DNA from: Candidatus Hydrogenedentota bacterium
Lineage (GTDB): Bacteria > Hydrogenedentota > Hydrogenedentia > Hydrogenedentales > SLHB01
Length of the DNA: 64,000 nucleotides
Assembly: GCA_963745075.1 (NCBI GenBank)
Contig: CAVUWV010000031.1
Location: 160,001 to 224,000, forward strand
Direction of reading: 5' to 3'
Under the pieces are notes generated by a model, which saw only the letters and a program-made list of their open reading frames with translations, ran no database searches and was not told the origin of the DNA. How positions within the stretch are numbered: the first letter of the stretch is position 1; each line of letters opens with the position of its first letter. A program made the position numbers and the translations under genes. This document shows positions 18,792-29,016 of this stretch, in pieces.

Positions 18792-20976
18792 ACTTCGCAA
18801 CCTCGGTTTCGGCGCGGTTCACCAGCGCTTTGAATTCGGTCCGATCGCGCAACGATGCGAAATCGGGGTCGCTCTGCAATGCCTGCACGAGGGTCTTGTC
18901 AACGGATTCCATGGTGAGGGCGGATTCGAGCAGGCATAGTGCCGCGTCCGCATCGCCCGCGACGGCTTTCAGACAGGCCAGATCGTATGGCGGTTTCCAC
19001 GAATCGGGGCGCAGGCGTTGCGCTTCCTCGAAGTATTTTGCGGCCGTTTCAGGGTCGCCGGTGCGTTGGGCGCACAGTCCCGACTGCAACAGCGCGGCGA
19101 AATGGTTGGGGGTGGTCTTCAGAACGCGCTGGTAATAGATCAGGGCTTGGGCATAATCCCCTTCGATGAAGTAGAGATCAGCGTAGGCGAGGTGGGCGCG
19201 CGGGAAGCTTGGATCAACAGCCAAGGCCTGGTCGTACCACTGTTTCGCCTCGTCCTCGCGGTGGCGCTGCACGGCGATGAACCCGAGGTGGACCATGGCC
19301 TCGGCGAATTTTGGGGTAATGGCAAGCGCTCGGTGGTAGTACGTCTCCGCTTCGTCGTAATTGCCTTCACGCAGCTTGATATAGCCGAGCATGTAGAGCA
19401 CCCGGCTTTGGTTCGGATCGATCCGCAGCGACGCGCGGTATTCCTTTTCGGCGCCTTCCAGACTCCCCTCCCGGAGCACGGCGAGGGCGAGTACGTTTCG
19501 CGCGGAGACATGGCGCGGCGCGATGTTCAACAGTTCGCGGAGTACCCGCTCGCACTCCGCGTAGTTGCCGCGCTGGGCTTCGTTACGGGCTTCTTCCAGT
19601 TTGGTGTAGAGCCCGATGCCGTCTTTTGGATCCATGCCCTGTACGGCACTGCGGTCGTCCGGGTCGGCGAGATAGCCCAATGCCTGGAGCATTTCCAGGG
19701 TCTCGTGGTCCATGGGATTTCGCTCGGTTTCCAGGGCGACCTGCTTTGATTCGTCCAGTAATGCCGAAAGTTTCGCGTCCAATTGGGCGGCGAGTTCCGG
19801 CTTCTCGTTGTATAGGTTGTTCAATTCTTGAGGGTCGGTGCGGAGGTTGTAGAGCTCCGGCTTGGGCGCGCGTATCCACTTGTACCCGTCGAACCGCAGA
19901 CCGTAGAGCGGGGCCATGCCGAAGCCCAATTCCGACAACAATGACTCGGAATACTGCGGCAAGTCGGGCGGCGGCACATCGCCGCGAAGGGCGGACAGCA
20001 GGTCGGCTCCCTGGGTTTTGTCCGCTCCGGGAACGTCGAGTGCCCCGAGTATGGTGGGCATGAGGTCGATGCAACGGACCGGACCCCAGTAGACCGTGTC
20101 GGACGGCAGGTGACCGGGCCAGTGAAAGATAAGCGGCACGTGCACGGTGGCGTCATAGATAAAGATGGCGTGTGTCTTCTCGCCGTGTTCGCCGAGGCTC
20201 TCGCCGTGGTCTGCCGTGAGTACGGTAAACGTGTTCTGGTCGACGCCCAAGGTCTTGAACGCGTCCATGATTCGCGCCAGACCCTCATCGGCCTGTGCGA
20301 TCTCCGCGTCGTAGGCGGTCGGGATGAGGTGGCGGTTCTTGGCGTGGGACTCGTAGGGCTGATGGGGGTCGAAGAAATGAACCCACAGGAAGAAGGGCTT
20401 GCCGTCGGCCTTCTCGTGCCAGCTTTCCAACCACTGTACGGCGCGCTCGGCCGTTTTCGGTGCGGGCCGGTCGCGGATCATGAACAGCTTGGGGTCGTCT
20501 TCGGCCCAGAGATCGTCGTCGTACACGTCGAAGCCCTGATTCAGGTTGTAGCGACGGTTCAGCACCAGCGCAGACACGAAGGCCGCCGTGTCGTATCCCG
20601 CGTCGTGGAGGCGCTCCGCGAGGGTTACGGCCTTGTCGTTCAAGGCGTAGGCGCCGTTGTCGCGCACGCCGTGGGCCGGTGGCAACAGGCCGGTCATGAT
20701 GGAAGTATGGGCCGGCATGGTGATCGGTGCAGTGGTCACCGCGTCGGCGCAACGCACCCCTTCCGCCGCGACGGCGTCAATGGTGGGCGTACGCGCAATG
20801 CCGTACCCGTAACACCCGATCCGGTCGGCGCGGCAGGTGTCGATGGTGACGAGAAGGACGTTGGGGCGGGGGGAATCGGCGAGTGCGGCGGCGGTCAGTA
20901 GCATTACGGACACGGCCACAACCGTCGCCCGCAGTGCCGCGGCAAGCGTACCCTTTTGTTGCGCATCAAAACTCAT
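18781..20976 (-). CDS. Sulfatase-like hydrolase with C-terminal TPR repeats
   Basis: PNVLLVTIDTCRAD, TMPAHTSIMTG, HFFDPH, ADHGE and TPRs. The real start is MSFDAQQ at 20976; the ORF-track extension overlaps the next gene. Confidence 0.9.
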   Translation of the reverse strand: MSFDAQQKGTLAAALRATVVAVSVMLLTAAALADSPRPNVLLVTIDTCRADRIGCYGYGIARTPTIDAVAAEGVRCADAVTTAPITMPAHTSIMTGLLPPAHGVRDNGAYALNDKAVTLAERLHDAGYDTAAFVSALVLNRRYNLNQGFDVYDDDLWAEDDPKLFMIRDRPAPKTAERAVQWLESWHEKADGKPFFLWVHFFDPHQPYESHAKNRHLIPTAYDAEIAQADEGLARIMDAFKTLGVDQNTFTVLTADHGESLGEHGEKTHAIFIYDATVHVPLIFHWPGHLPSDTVYWGPVRCIDLMPTILGALDVPGADKTQGADLLSALRGDVPPPDLPQYSESLLSELGFGMAPLYGLRFDGYKWIRAPKPELYNLRTDPQELNNLYNEKPELAAQLDAKLSALLDESKQVALETERNPMDHETLEMLQALGYLADPDDRSAVQGMDPKDGIGLYTKLEEARNEAQRGNYAECERVLRELLNIAPRHVSARNVLALAVLREGSLEGAEKEYRASLRIDPNQSRVLYMLGYIKLREGNYDEAETYYHRALAITPKFAEAMVHLGFIAVQRHREDEAKQWYDQALAVDPSFPRAHLAYADLYFIEGDYAQALIYYQRVLKTTPNHFAALLQSGLCAQRTGDPETAAKYFEEAQRLRPDSWKPPYDLACLKAVAGDADAALCLLESALTMESVDKTLVQALQSDPDFASLRDRTEFKALVNRAETEVAKSTS

Positions 20977-21072
20977 CCCAATACAATGACGCCTTGCGCT
21001 GCGGAATCCAAGGTGAATTTTTGCGAAAAAGGCGAATCTCGCTTTGCAGATCGGCAACAAAGGAAATCCATC

Positions 21073-22712
21073 ATGTCTCACGGCGGTAAACTCGTTGCGC
21101 GTGCGCTGAAGAATGCGGGCGTGGAGTGCATTTTCACGCTGAGCGGCGGGCACGTCATGCCCATCTACGACGGCTGCCTGGACGAGGGCATCCGCATCAT
21201 CGACGTGCGCCACGAGCAGGCGACGACCCACGCGGCGGACGCGTGGTCGCGGTTGAATCCCGGCAAGATCGGCGTGGCGGTGGTGACGGCGGGGCCCGGG
21301 GTGACGGATTCCGTAACGGGTGTGGCAAACGCGTGGCGCGCGAACTCCCCCATTCTCTGCATCGGCGGGCAGGGTCCCTTCGTCAATCTTGGACGCGGCT
21401 CGCTCCAGGAGATGGACCACGTCAGCCTCATGAAGCCCATTACCAAGTATTCGGCGGCGTGCTACGACACCGAACGCATTCCGGAATACATCGAGCAAGC
21501 CATTCGTCACGCAGTTTCCGGGAATCCCGGGCCCGGCGTTTCTGGAACTGCCCATGGACGTGCTGATGAACTCAGCCGATGTGGACAAGGCGGTGTATCC
21601 GCCGATCAGCACAACGCCGCCGCTGCTATCGCCGCACCGGGACGATGTGCTGGCGGCGTTGCGCATCATCGAGAAAGCGGAACGCCCACTCCTTATGAGC
21701 GGCACGAGCGTGAAGTGGTCGAACGCGCAACCGCAGCTCAACGCGTTTCTGGAAAAGACGAACATTCCCGCGTACGCCAACGGCATGGGACGCGGCACGA
21801 TCCCGCGCGGATCGAGACACCTGTTCAATCGCACGCGGCGGGACGCGCTGGAACAGTGCGACGTGGTGGTTCTTGCGGGCGTCGTCCTCGATTTTCGCAT
21901 GAAATTCGGACAAACCATTCCGAAGGACGCGAAAGATCATCCAGCTCGAAATGGACAATCTGCTCATCGGCCACAACCGCGCGTCGGACGTGGCGCTGGT
22001 CGGAAACCTCGCGTGCAGTTTCGACGCGCTGATGCAGGCGATGGACGGCGAAGGTATTTCGCTGGACTTCAGCGCCCACGCGGCCGCGCTGCGCGAAAAG
22101 GAAGACGCCATCGCCAAGGCCGACGCCGAGAAACAAGCCTCGGACGCGGTGCCCATCGAATCCAGCCGGTTGTGCAAGGAGATTGCGTCGTTCGTCGAAC
22201 AGTTCGATGACCTGATTGTCATCGGCGACGGCGGCGACATCGTGGCTTCCGCGGCGAAGGTGGTGCCCATTCCCAAGAACGGGGCGTGGATGGACCCGGG
22301 TCCGTTGGGAACGCTGGGCGTCGGCATGCCGTTCGCCATCGCGGCGCAGATCGCCCATCCGAACAAGCGCGTGCTTATCATTTACGGCGACGGCAGTTTC
22401 GGCCTGAACGGCTTCGAGTACGACACGGCCGTGCGGTTCAACCTGCCCATCGTGGGCATCGTCGGCAACGACGCGGCCTGGGGACAGATGATGCGCCCCC
22501 AGAAAGCCTTCTACGAGCGGCTCGCCGCGACGCAACTGGCGTACACGCGCTACGACAAAGTCGTCGAAGCCCTCGGCGGTCACGGCGAACACGTCGAGCA
22601 GCCGGCGGACATCCGTCCCGCCATCGAACGCGCTTTCGCCTCGGGCAAGCCTGCGTGCGTGAACGTCGTGCTGAAGCAGGACCAGTCGTACAAGGGCGGC
22701 GCGTATATCTGA
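21073..22712 (+). CDS. ThDP-dependent acetolactate-synthase-like / 2-hydroxyacyl-CoA lyase family enzyme (two +1 frameshifts, near 21535 and 21932)
   Basis: VRHEQA, TAGPG, GDGGD, DPGPLGTLGVG and GDGSFG..N across three consecutive frames. Confidence 0.85.
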
Positions 22713-22864
22713 TTGCAGCGCATGGGTTCACCAAGTGGCAAGTCGCCGCTTGTGCTCAATGCCAGATCGGACGGATCCGGAACGGACCAGGATTTCCCCG
22801 CTGGCGTCTCGCCTCGATGCGCGCTATGATAGTGAGGCCTTCCGTCAACTTGGTAAAACGGCCC

Positions 22865-23726
22865 ATGGATGCACGCGACCGCAATCAGCTAAAAACCGAA
22901 GCCGCGAAGCTGCGGAAGGACTACCACTACATCCGCAAGGCGCTGAAACAGCGGCCGAACGATCGCGACCTGCGCAAGCGCGCGGAGAAACTCCAGGCCC
23001 GCTACACGGAACTACAAGAGGAGCTGAAACACCATCCGAAGGGGGAGGCCGTCGAAGTGCAGCCCCTATCCGCTCCGCCGCCTCCCGTCGATATGTCGGC
23101 ATTTGAGCCGAAGGTGTACAGCCCGCCTCCGCCGGTGTCGGTGCCGCAAGACCGCGGCTGGGGCAACCCGTTCGGCAGTGTCAACATTTCCGGACGCACG
23201 ATCTGGACGAGTTTCCTCGTGGCCATCCTGGTGATAACCTCGCCGTTCTACTATCTCCTGTTCTTCAAGGGCATGGCCTTTTACCGGGTGCCGACCAATT
23301 CGATGATTCCCACGCTGGAACCGGGCGACCGGTTTGCCGCGATCGTGCCGAAGGAATACCGGCGCGGCGACGTGGTCGTTGTCGAAGACCCGGCGGACCC
23401 GGCGGCGTTCCTGGTGAAGCGGCTCGTCGCCTTACCGGGAGACGAGGTGGCGGTTCACAACCATAAGCTGTGGGTCAATGATGAACCGATCGATGAACGT
23501 TACATCCGCGAGCCGAATCGACTATGCCATGGATCCGATCGCGATGGGCAAAGGCGAAGTGTTTCTCCTGGGCGACAACCGCAATGAAAGTGAGGACGGC
23601 CACATCTGGCGCCGGGGATTTCCCATGGACAAAATCGTCGGCCGCGTCTTCTACATCTACTACCCCAGTGAACGGCGGGGCCATTTCAAGTCGCAGGAAC
23701 AGGCGTTTGCGTTGGTGCGGGACTAA
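22865..23726 (+). CDS. lepB: Signal peptidase I with N-terminal helical/Pro-rich extension (+1 frameshift near 23517)
   Basis: NSMIPTL (catalytic Ser), VKRLVALPGD (Lys), then FLLGDNRNESEDG in the next frame. Confidence 0.85.
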
Positions 23727-23859
23727 GAGGACTTCCCTGGACCCTGCACGCATCGCCATTCTGAGTGACACGAAGGACCTCGTTTGGATAGATGTCTTGA
23801 TCGTTCAAGATTCTTCGCTTTGCTGCTAAGCAACATCGGTTGTAAGTCGCTTTGTGTCA

Positions 23860-23955
23860 ATAGCGACGGTTTGTCGCTATCGGGATCGAAATCGGGATCG
23901 GGATCGAAATGCGAAGTGCTTCCGATCCCGATAGCGGTCCCGATCCCGATTTCGA
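23860..23955. repeat. Inverted array of (ATCGGG/ATCGAA) hexamers forming a REP-like hairpin
   Basis: ATCGGGATCGAAATCGGGATCGGGATCGAAAT faces CCGATCCCGATAGCGGTCCCGATCCCGATTTCG. Confidence 0.75.
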
Positions 23956-24095
23956 GAATAGCTTGCGTTTCAGCCGCACGTAAATGTTCTTCCGCGATTC
24001 GCCGTTCTTAACGGTCGGATGCTCAGAATGACGGTAATTCTTTTTCATCTAATCTCGGAGCAGGTTTCGATCCCAGGATATATCGAGTTGATTAA

Positions 24096-24398
24096 TCAGA
24101 TGAATCGTGGCCGAGAGAGCAAGTACATACCAAAGCCAACAGCGCAGACAGCGCCAAGCGTAATTGCGCCCAATCTTCGTCCCGTCCCCGTTTCCATTCT
24201 GGCGGCGGACAGTGCAAATCCGAAGGCCAATGCGTATGTGACCACCAGGATTGCGAAGAAGCGAGCCGCACCAAGGGCTTGTACAATTCGCGGCAGCAGC
24301 GGGTGGTGCTCCTGCAGCACTACGAGAGACCACGTCGGCATCAAGAAGATTATGGAGACCGCGACGTCTCGCCGGCCCCTGCGTTCCTTGTCGGTCAT
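24096..24398 (-). CDS. Small integral membrane protein
   Basis: Three hydrophobic segments; GAGGAG upstream of the ATG. Confidence 0.5.
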   Translation of the reverse strand: MTDKERRGRRDVAVSIIFLMPTWSLVVLQEHHPLLPRIVQALGAARFFAILVVTYALAFGFALSAARMETGTGRRLGAITLGAVCAVGFGMYLLSRPRFI

Positions 24399-24491
24399 GG
24401 CTGGATCTCGTGTCTCCTCTCGACACAAGGAAAACGACCGGGCGGTGGAGACGGTTGACGGGGGCTCGGCGGAACGATTCCGCCCGAAGCG

Positions 24492-24716
24492 TCAATAGCC
24501 CAGGCGGTTGCGCTCGGGCCGGAAGATGACCCAAAGTAGCAGCCCGATCGGCCAACTGAAGAATGCGACCAGGATGGCGACCAGACATCCCGGCTTTCCC
24601 CGCGCGTTCGCGTCGCCGTAACACCAGACGACGCTCCAGATGTATAGCACGAAGATCCCCAGGTACAGGATAATGAACGGCACGGCGAGAAAAGGTGCAA
24701 GGCTGTGAGAATCCAT
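24492..24716 (-). CDS. Small membrane protein, paralog 1 (W..GDA..RGKPG...WP..LL.W..FRPER)
   Basis: Similar to the adjacent 24789-24998 ORF; AAGGGG RBS. Confidence 0.7.
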   Translation of the reverse strand: MDSHSLAPFLAVPFIILYLGIFVLYIWSVVWCYGDANARGKPGCLVAILVAFFSWPIGLLLWVIFRPERNRLGY

Positions 24717-24788
24717 TCGTATCCCCTTAGTGATTCGTGGGCTGAATGATAGCAAGACCGGCGCGCAATTGCCCGATTCCGGATTCCG

Positions 24789-24998
24789 CTAGCGCCATTG
24801 CCTGCGTTCCGGCCGAAAGACGATCCACATCAAGAGGCTCACCGGCCAACTGATCAAGCCGACAAACGCGCCCACAAGACACCCCGGTTTGCCCCGGCGC
24901 TCGGCATCCCCCATCGCCCACGTCACGCTCCATGCCCAAAGGCCGAATCCGATCAGAATGATGATGCACTGCAGCATGATGGGCAGTTCATTCTTCAC
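24789..24998 (-). CDS. Small membrane protein, paralog 2
   Basis: Shares GDAxxRGKPGCLV and WPxxLLxWxxFRPER with paralog 1; AAGGAG RBS. Confidence 0.7.
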   Translation of the reverse strand: MKNELPIMLQCIIILIGFGLWAWSVTWAMGDAERRGKPGCLVGAFVGLISWPVSLLMWIVFRPERRQWR

Positions 24999-25289
24999 GG
25001 GAAATCTCCTTCACAAAGAATCAGCCCCTCTCTAAGCATTGTGCCTCTGCCGGATTTGTTCACTCAAGGCATTTGTCTATCTAAGCTCGAGTACTGAATC
25101 GCTTCACTTACGAGGTTGTCGACGATGAATTCGACGCCGTCGATGTTGCGAGGTTTGCACGACAAAGAAAGTCTTGTCACAAAACGAAATGTGCGTTAAT
25201 ATCGAAAACTAAACCTGATTTGTTTTCGGCACGGGGGTGTGGGCCGGCTACGGATTAAGGATGGCGGGGCAATCATTGGGGGAATCATC

Positions 25290-26309
25290 ATGTCTAAACT
25301 GTCTTGCGGGTTGTTATGTAACATCACGTTTTACGGCATGGCTTGTCTTGCTGGGGGCAAAGCCCTGGCCCAGCAGGTGTTCTGGACTGACTGGGGCACC
25401 ACCAAGGTTCAGGCGGGCAACGTTGATGGCTCCGGTTCCCCAACCGACCTCTTCGATAGCTCCGATGGGCTGAACGTCCCCGACGGCATTGCCGTCGACG
25501 TGGCGGGCGGTAAGGTGTACTGGACCGACATGAGCGCGAGCAAGGTTCAAGTGGGAAACCTGGACGGCTCCGGTTCCCCAACCGACCTCTTCAATTCCTC
25601 CGATGGGCTCAGCGCCCCCAACGACATTGCCCTGGACATTGAGGGGAACAAGGTCTACTGGACTGATTTGAGCATCAACACAGTTCAGGTGGGCAACCTG
25701 GACGGCTCCGGTTCCCCTGCAGTTCTCTTCGATAGCTCCGATGGGCTTGCCAATCCCATGGGTATCGCCTTGGACGTCGCGGGCGGCAAGGTCTACTGGA
25801 CCGATTCTTACGCCAGCAAGGTTCAGGTGGGCAACCTGGATGGATCAGGTTCTCCAACGGACCTCTTCGATAGCTCTGATGGGCTTAGCGGCCCATGCTT
25901 TATCGCCTTGGACGTCGCTGGAGGCAAGGTCTACTGGACGGACGCCATCACCCGCAAAGTTCAGGCGGGAAACCTGGACGGGTCCGGTTCTCCAACGGAC
26001 CTTTACGATATCACCGATCTGCTTGACTTTCCCTGCGGCATCGCGGTGGACGTGGCGGGCGGCAAGGTGTACTGGACCGACTCCGACACCCGCATGATTC
26101 AGGTGGGTAACCTCGATGGGTCCGGTTTCCCAACCGCGCTCTTCGACATTTCCGATGGCCTTAGCGACCCCATCGGCATCGCCTTGGGTTCGGGCGCGGC
26201 CCCACCGTCCGTCCCCGCGTCAAGCCGGGGAATGCTCTCGTTGACGGTTCTGGTCTTGGCGCTCTGCGCCGTGATCGCGGTATATCGTCTACGCGCGCGC
26301 CGGGTTTAG
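25290..26309 (+). CDS. YWTD (LDL-receptor-like) six-bladed beta-propeller with C-terminal IPTL-CTERM-like anchor
   Basis: Six 46-aa V(Y/F)WTD repeats; signal peptide; C-terminal VPASS, TM helix and basic tail. Confidence 0.85.
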   Translation: MSKLSCGLLCNITFYGMACLAGGKALAQQVFWTDWGTTKVQAGNVDGSGSPTDLFDSSDGLNVPDGIAVDVAGGKVYWTDMSASKVQVGNLDGSGSPTDLFNSSDGLSAPNDIALDIEGNKVYWTDLSINTVQVGNLDGSGSPAVLFDSSDGLANPMGIALDVAGGKVYWTDSYASKVQVGNLDGSGSPTDLFDSSDGLSGPCFIALDVAGGKVYWTDAITRKVQAGNLDGSGSPTDLYDITDLLDFPCGIAVDVAGGKVYWTDSDTRMIQVGNLDGSGFPTALFDISDGLSDPIGIALGSGAAPPSVPASSRGMLSLTVLVLALCAVIAVYRLRARRV

Positions 26310-26459
26310 CGTAGGGAGCGGCTCGTCCCCTAAGCCGCCGGGGGTCCAGCCTGGAATCAAACGAGGCGCAGTACTTTGAGTACCTTGAATTCCCTGGGGA
26401 GCCCACGACAAGACGGGGGTCGCGGTGGGAATTGAGTATTGTGTCCCCTTAATTCCACA

Positions 26460-26849
26460 CTACCACGTTTCGAGCGACAGGCCTTCCACTTCCGTGAAAT
26501 GCGCATCGCGGGCCACGAGCGTCAGGTCGTTCTGAAATGCCTGGGCCGCAATCCAAATGTCGTTCTCGGGGATCGGTCGGCCCTTTTGTCGCAGTCGCTC
26601 TTTCACTTCACCATAGCGCCGGGCAGTCTCTGTGTCGCATCCCAAGACGACGTTACGCGCCGCGAAATCATCTATGCGTTCCGTGTTGTCTGCCACTCTC
26701 GTCGACTTTTTTGCTCCGTAATACAGTTCGCCAAGGACCACGCTGGAGACAAACAACTCCCCCGCTCCCCGAACTCGGTCTTTCACCGCCCCTTCGCCGG
26801 CAAACAGTGCAATAACAATGTTGGTATCCAACAGGTATCTACCATTCAT
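26460..26849 (-). CDS. vapC: VapC PIN-domain toxin
   Basis: YLLDTNIV, ELYYGA, PENDIWIAAQA, RDAHF. Confidence 0.93.
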   Translation of the reverse strand: MNGRYLLDTNIVIALFAGEGAVKDRVRGAGELFVSSVVLGELYYGAKKSTRVADNTERIDDFAARNVVLGCDTETARRYGEVKERLRQKGRPIPENDIWIAAQAFQNDLTLVARDAHFTEVEGLSLETW

Positions 26850-27066
26850 TCACGTCGACCTGTTCGCAGCCTTCCTCAATTGCCTGTTGCATCAAGTGTA
26901 GGTCCTGTCGTGAAATCGTACCGGCAAACTCTACTAACTGCTGTCCGGGTACCCCCCGGCGCTGTTCGGACCGCAGCGTCTCCACATACGCCAAGACTTG
27001 CCGTTGCAGGTCTTCCGGAAGAGCGTCGAGTTGCTCAATCACTTTACTCCGAATTGCACTGTTCAT
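26839..27066 (-). CDS. Cognate antitoxin (DUF2281-like)
   Basis: Small ORF upstream of and overlapping vapC; LPEDLQRQVLAYVE and FAGTIS...AIEEGCE. Confidence 0.8.
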   Translation of the reverse strand: MNSAIRSKVIEQLDALPEDLQRQVLAYVETLRSEQRRGVPGQQLVEFAGTISRQDLHLMQQAIEEGCEQVDVNEW

Positions 27067-27182
27067 TTTGCTGTTCCTGTTTCCCAATATCGCGCGTGCC
27101 CGGTCGATGAAATGCGCTCAAACCATCACTCGTAGTATATCATCGAATCCCGAAATCAGGGGCACAATACTCTATTATTCGG

Positions 27183-27366
27183 TCAAAACATCCGCCTATC
27201 CAAACTCCTATCTTGGATCGCTTCGCTGACGTGGTTGTCGGCGATGGATTCGGCGCCGTCGAGATCGGCGAGGGTGCGGGCGACGCGGAGGACTTTATCG
27301 TAGGCGCGGGCGCTGAAACCGAGCTGGTTGATGGCTTGTTCGAGGAGGGCGTTGGCGCTGTCGGCG
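27183..27366 (-). repeat. Duplicated 3' end of comM (direct repeat of 31460-31643)
   Basis: Ungapped 184-bp alignment at offset 4277, about 12 mismatches by hand count; encodes ...[18 protein letters not shown]... Confidence 0.95.
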
Positions 27367-27449
27367 GGGGACACAGCCCGGTGCCGGACTGCCCGTGTAT
27401 CAATCGGCCACATGCACTCCACCCCCATTCTTCCCTCGTCCTGATGCGA

Positions 27450-27821
27450 TTAGGCGTTTGCTTTCTTTCTGCGAGCGGCCGTGCTTCGCTTCTTCATTGG
27501 CGAATTGCCGGCAACCTTTCCGTGGACGGTTTTCAAGACGATCTGTGGTTCTTCGCGCGCTATCTGGAGCAGGCGGAGACTTGCGTTGCTGGGTTCGCGT
27601 CGTCCCTGTTCTCAACCCTGCACGGTTTTCGGAGAAACATTGAGTGCGGCCGCAAATACTCCTTGCGACATTCTCAATTTGGCCCGGATTTCCGTCACCT
27701 CTTTGGCGCCCATTGGGGGAGGCGGCGCGGGAACCTGCACAGTTACCAGGGACATCTTCTCGCCCCTGGAAAAGGCAATACTGTCTTCCAAACCCGCCAT
27801 GATCATTTCAAAAACACTCAT
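27450..27821 (-). pseudogene. HigA/XRE-type HTH antitoxin with in-frame TGA at the conserved Trp
   Basis: MSQGVFAAALNVSPKTVQG*EQGRREPSNASLRLL continues in frame past the TGA at 27612-27614. Confidence 0.8.
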
Positions 27822-28083
27822 CTCGGATGGTTTCGGTATGCTCAATGTTACCATGCACTCCCCTCGTTGCCAGCGCGTTCAATCGTGTACGCATCACTCC
27901 CCTGTCGGTCTATCTTCCTGTCCGACATTGTCTCGGATCTTCTTCCGAAGCGCCGCTTGTTCTTGTAGTAGCTCTTCCGTTCCGCGTTGCCAGTAGGCCA
28001 GCACTTCTTCCCTGGACATTCCGGCGGTCTCGCGCCGCACGCGCTCCGCGCCTTCGTGCATCATTCCACGCAATCAAACGTTT

Positions 28084-28293
28084 TCACCGCGCGTGATGCC
28101 TCCGGAACGCCGGAGACTTCGCCTGGATCTTGCGCACCGCCTCGGGCCCGTATATCCGCTCGCCGCAGTCAGGGCATTCGTAGTACTCCACGTTCGACAC
28201 CGAGTATTTCTGGCCGTCGAATTCGCGCGTGAGATTTCCGCGAATCTTCTTTAACCTCTTGCTGTCACAGTTTGGGCACGCTCGAAGTTTCAC
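28084..28293 (-). CDS. YgiT/MqsA-type zinc finger protein
   Basis: CPNC...V.NVEYYECPDCGE. Confidence 0.8.
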   Translation of the reverse strand: MKLRACPNCDSKRLKKIRGNLTREFDGQKYSVSNVEYYECPDCGERIYGPEAVRKIQAKSPAFRRHHAR

Positions 28294-28458
28294 TTGGCTA
28301 GGTCCCTTCTTAGGGTGATAACATACTTGACGACTCAAGGCTATTTCTTTGGGGTGGGTTGAGACTTGGGCTGGCTCTTAGCGTCCGGCAAGCTGTCTTT
28401 CGGTGTATTCAAGATTTTGCGCAATGCATCGGAGAACACTGATTGGCCTGATGATGCG

Positions 28459-29016
28459 TCACTCTTCTTTGTCTTTCTCGGCTTCGTCATGGGGTGGTAA
28501 TTCCGTTTGTTTGATTTCGCTGGATAGGCTATCGAAGAATTCTTTTGGGGTCAGAATGACAATCTGATTCGCAAGCTGTTTCTTACAAGACAGTATCTTC
28601 GTCTTTTTCCGCTTGCCTTTATTGTCACCGTCTCTAGTGATGAAAGCCTGAGCTTTCGCCTCTATTGCTGTGGCTAAATGAATAGCATCTGGAGTGTCGA
28701 GTGGAAATCGCTTGCGAAGTTTACCGGCTTCCGTAGCGGTGCGAGCATTTACCGCGTGAACCGTAACAAATTCCTGCCTAAAGAATGATTCGATTAACGC
28801 CGTGGCATCTTCGTCGCTTAATGTCGTCTTTTCTTTTTCGGACGTTTTTACCTTGATAATCTCGGCTCGTGCCAAAACCGAAAGCACTATTTTTAAATTA
28901 CCAGCCTCTGCGTCCTTAATAATAGGCTCGACGTGATTGTAGAAATCCGGATCTTTTATAAGCGAGTCCAGAACCACGCACGAATCTAGGTAGATGAGCT
29001 TAGAATCTTTCGCCAT
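28459..29016 (-). CDS. PIN-domain protein (IS passenger)
   Basis: IYLDSCV, AEI, PDAIHLATA, FITRD. Confidence 0.88.
   Translation of the reverse strand: MAKDSKLIYLDSCVVLDSLIKDPDFYNHVEPIIKDAEAGNLKIVLSVLARAEIIKVKTSEKEKTTLSDEDATALIESFFRQEFVTVHAVNARTATEAGKLRKRFPLDTPDAIHLATAIEAKAQAFITRDGDNKGKRKKTKILSCKKQLANQIVILTPKEFFDSLSSEIKQTELPPHDEAEKDKEE

Noticed and set aside
20977..21918. N-terminal 314 aa of the 1045-aa minus-strand ORF
   Set aside because: Antisense to the ThDP enzyme; the sulfatase signal peptide begins at 20976.
27612..27614. TGA as Trp or Sec recoding
   Set aside because: TGA terminates many normal genes here and TGG is used for Trp; a nonsense mutation or read error is simpler.
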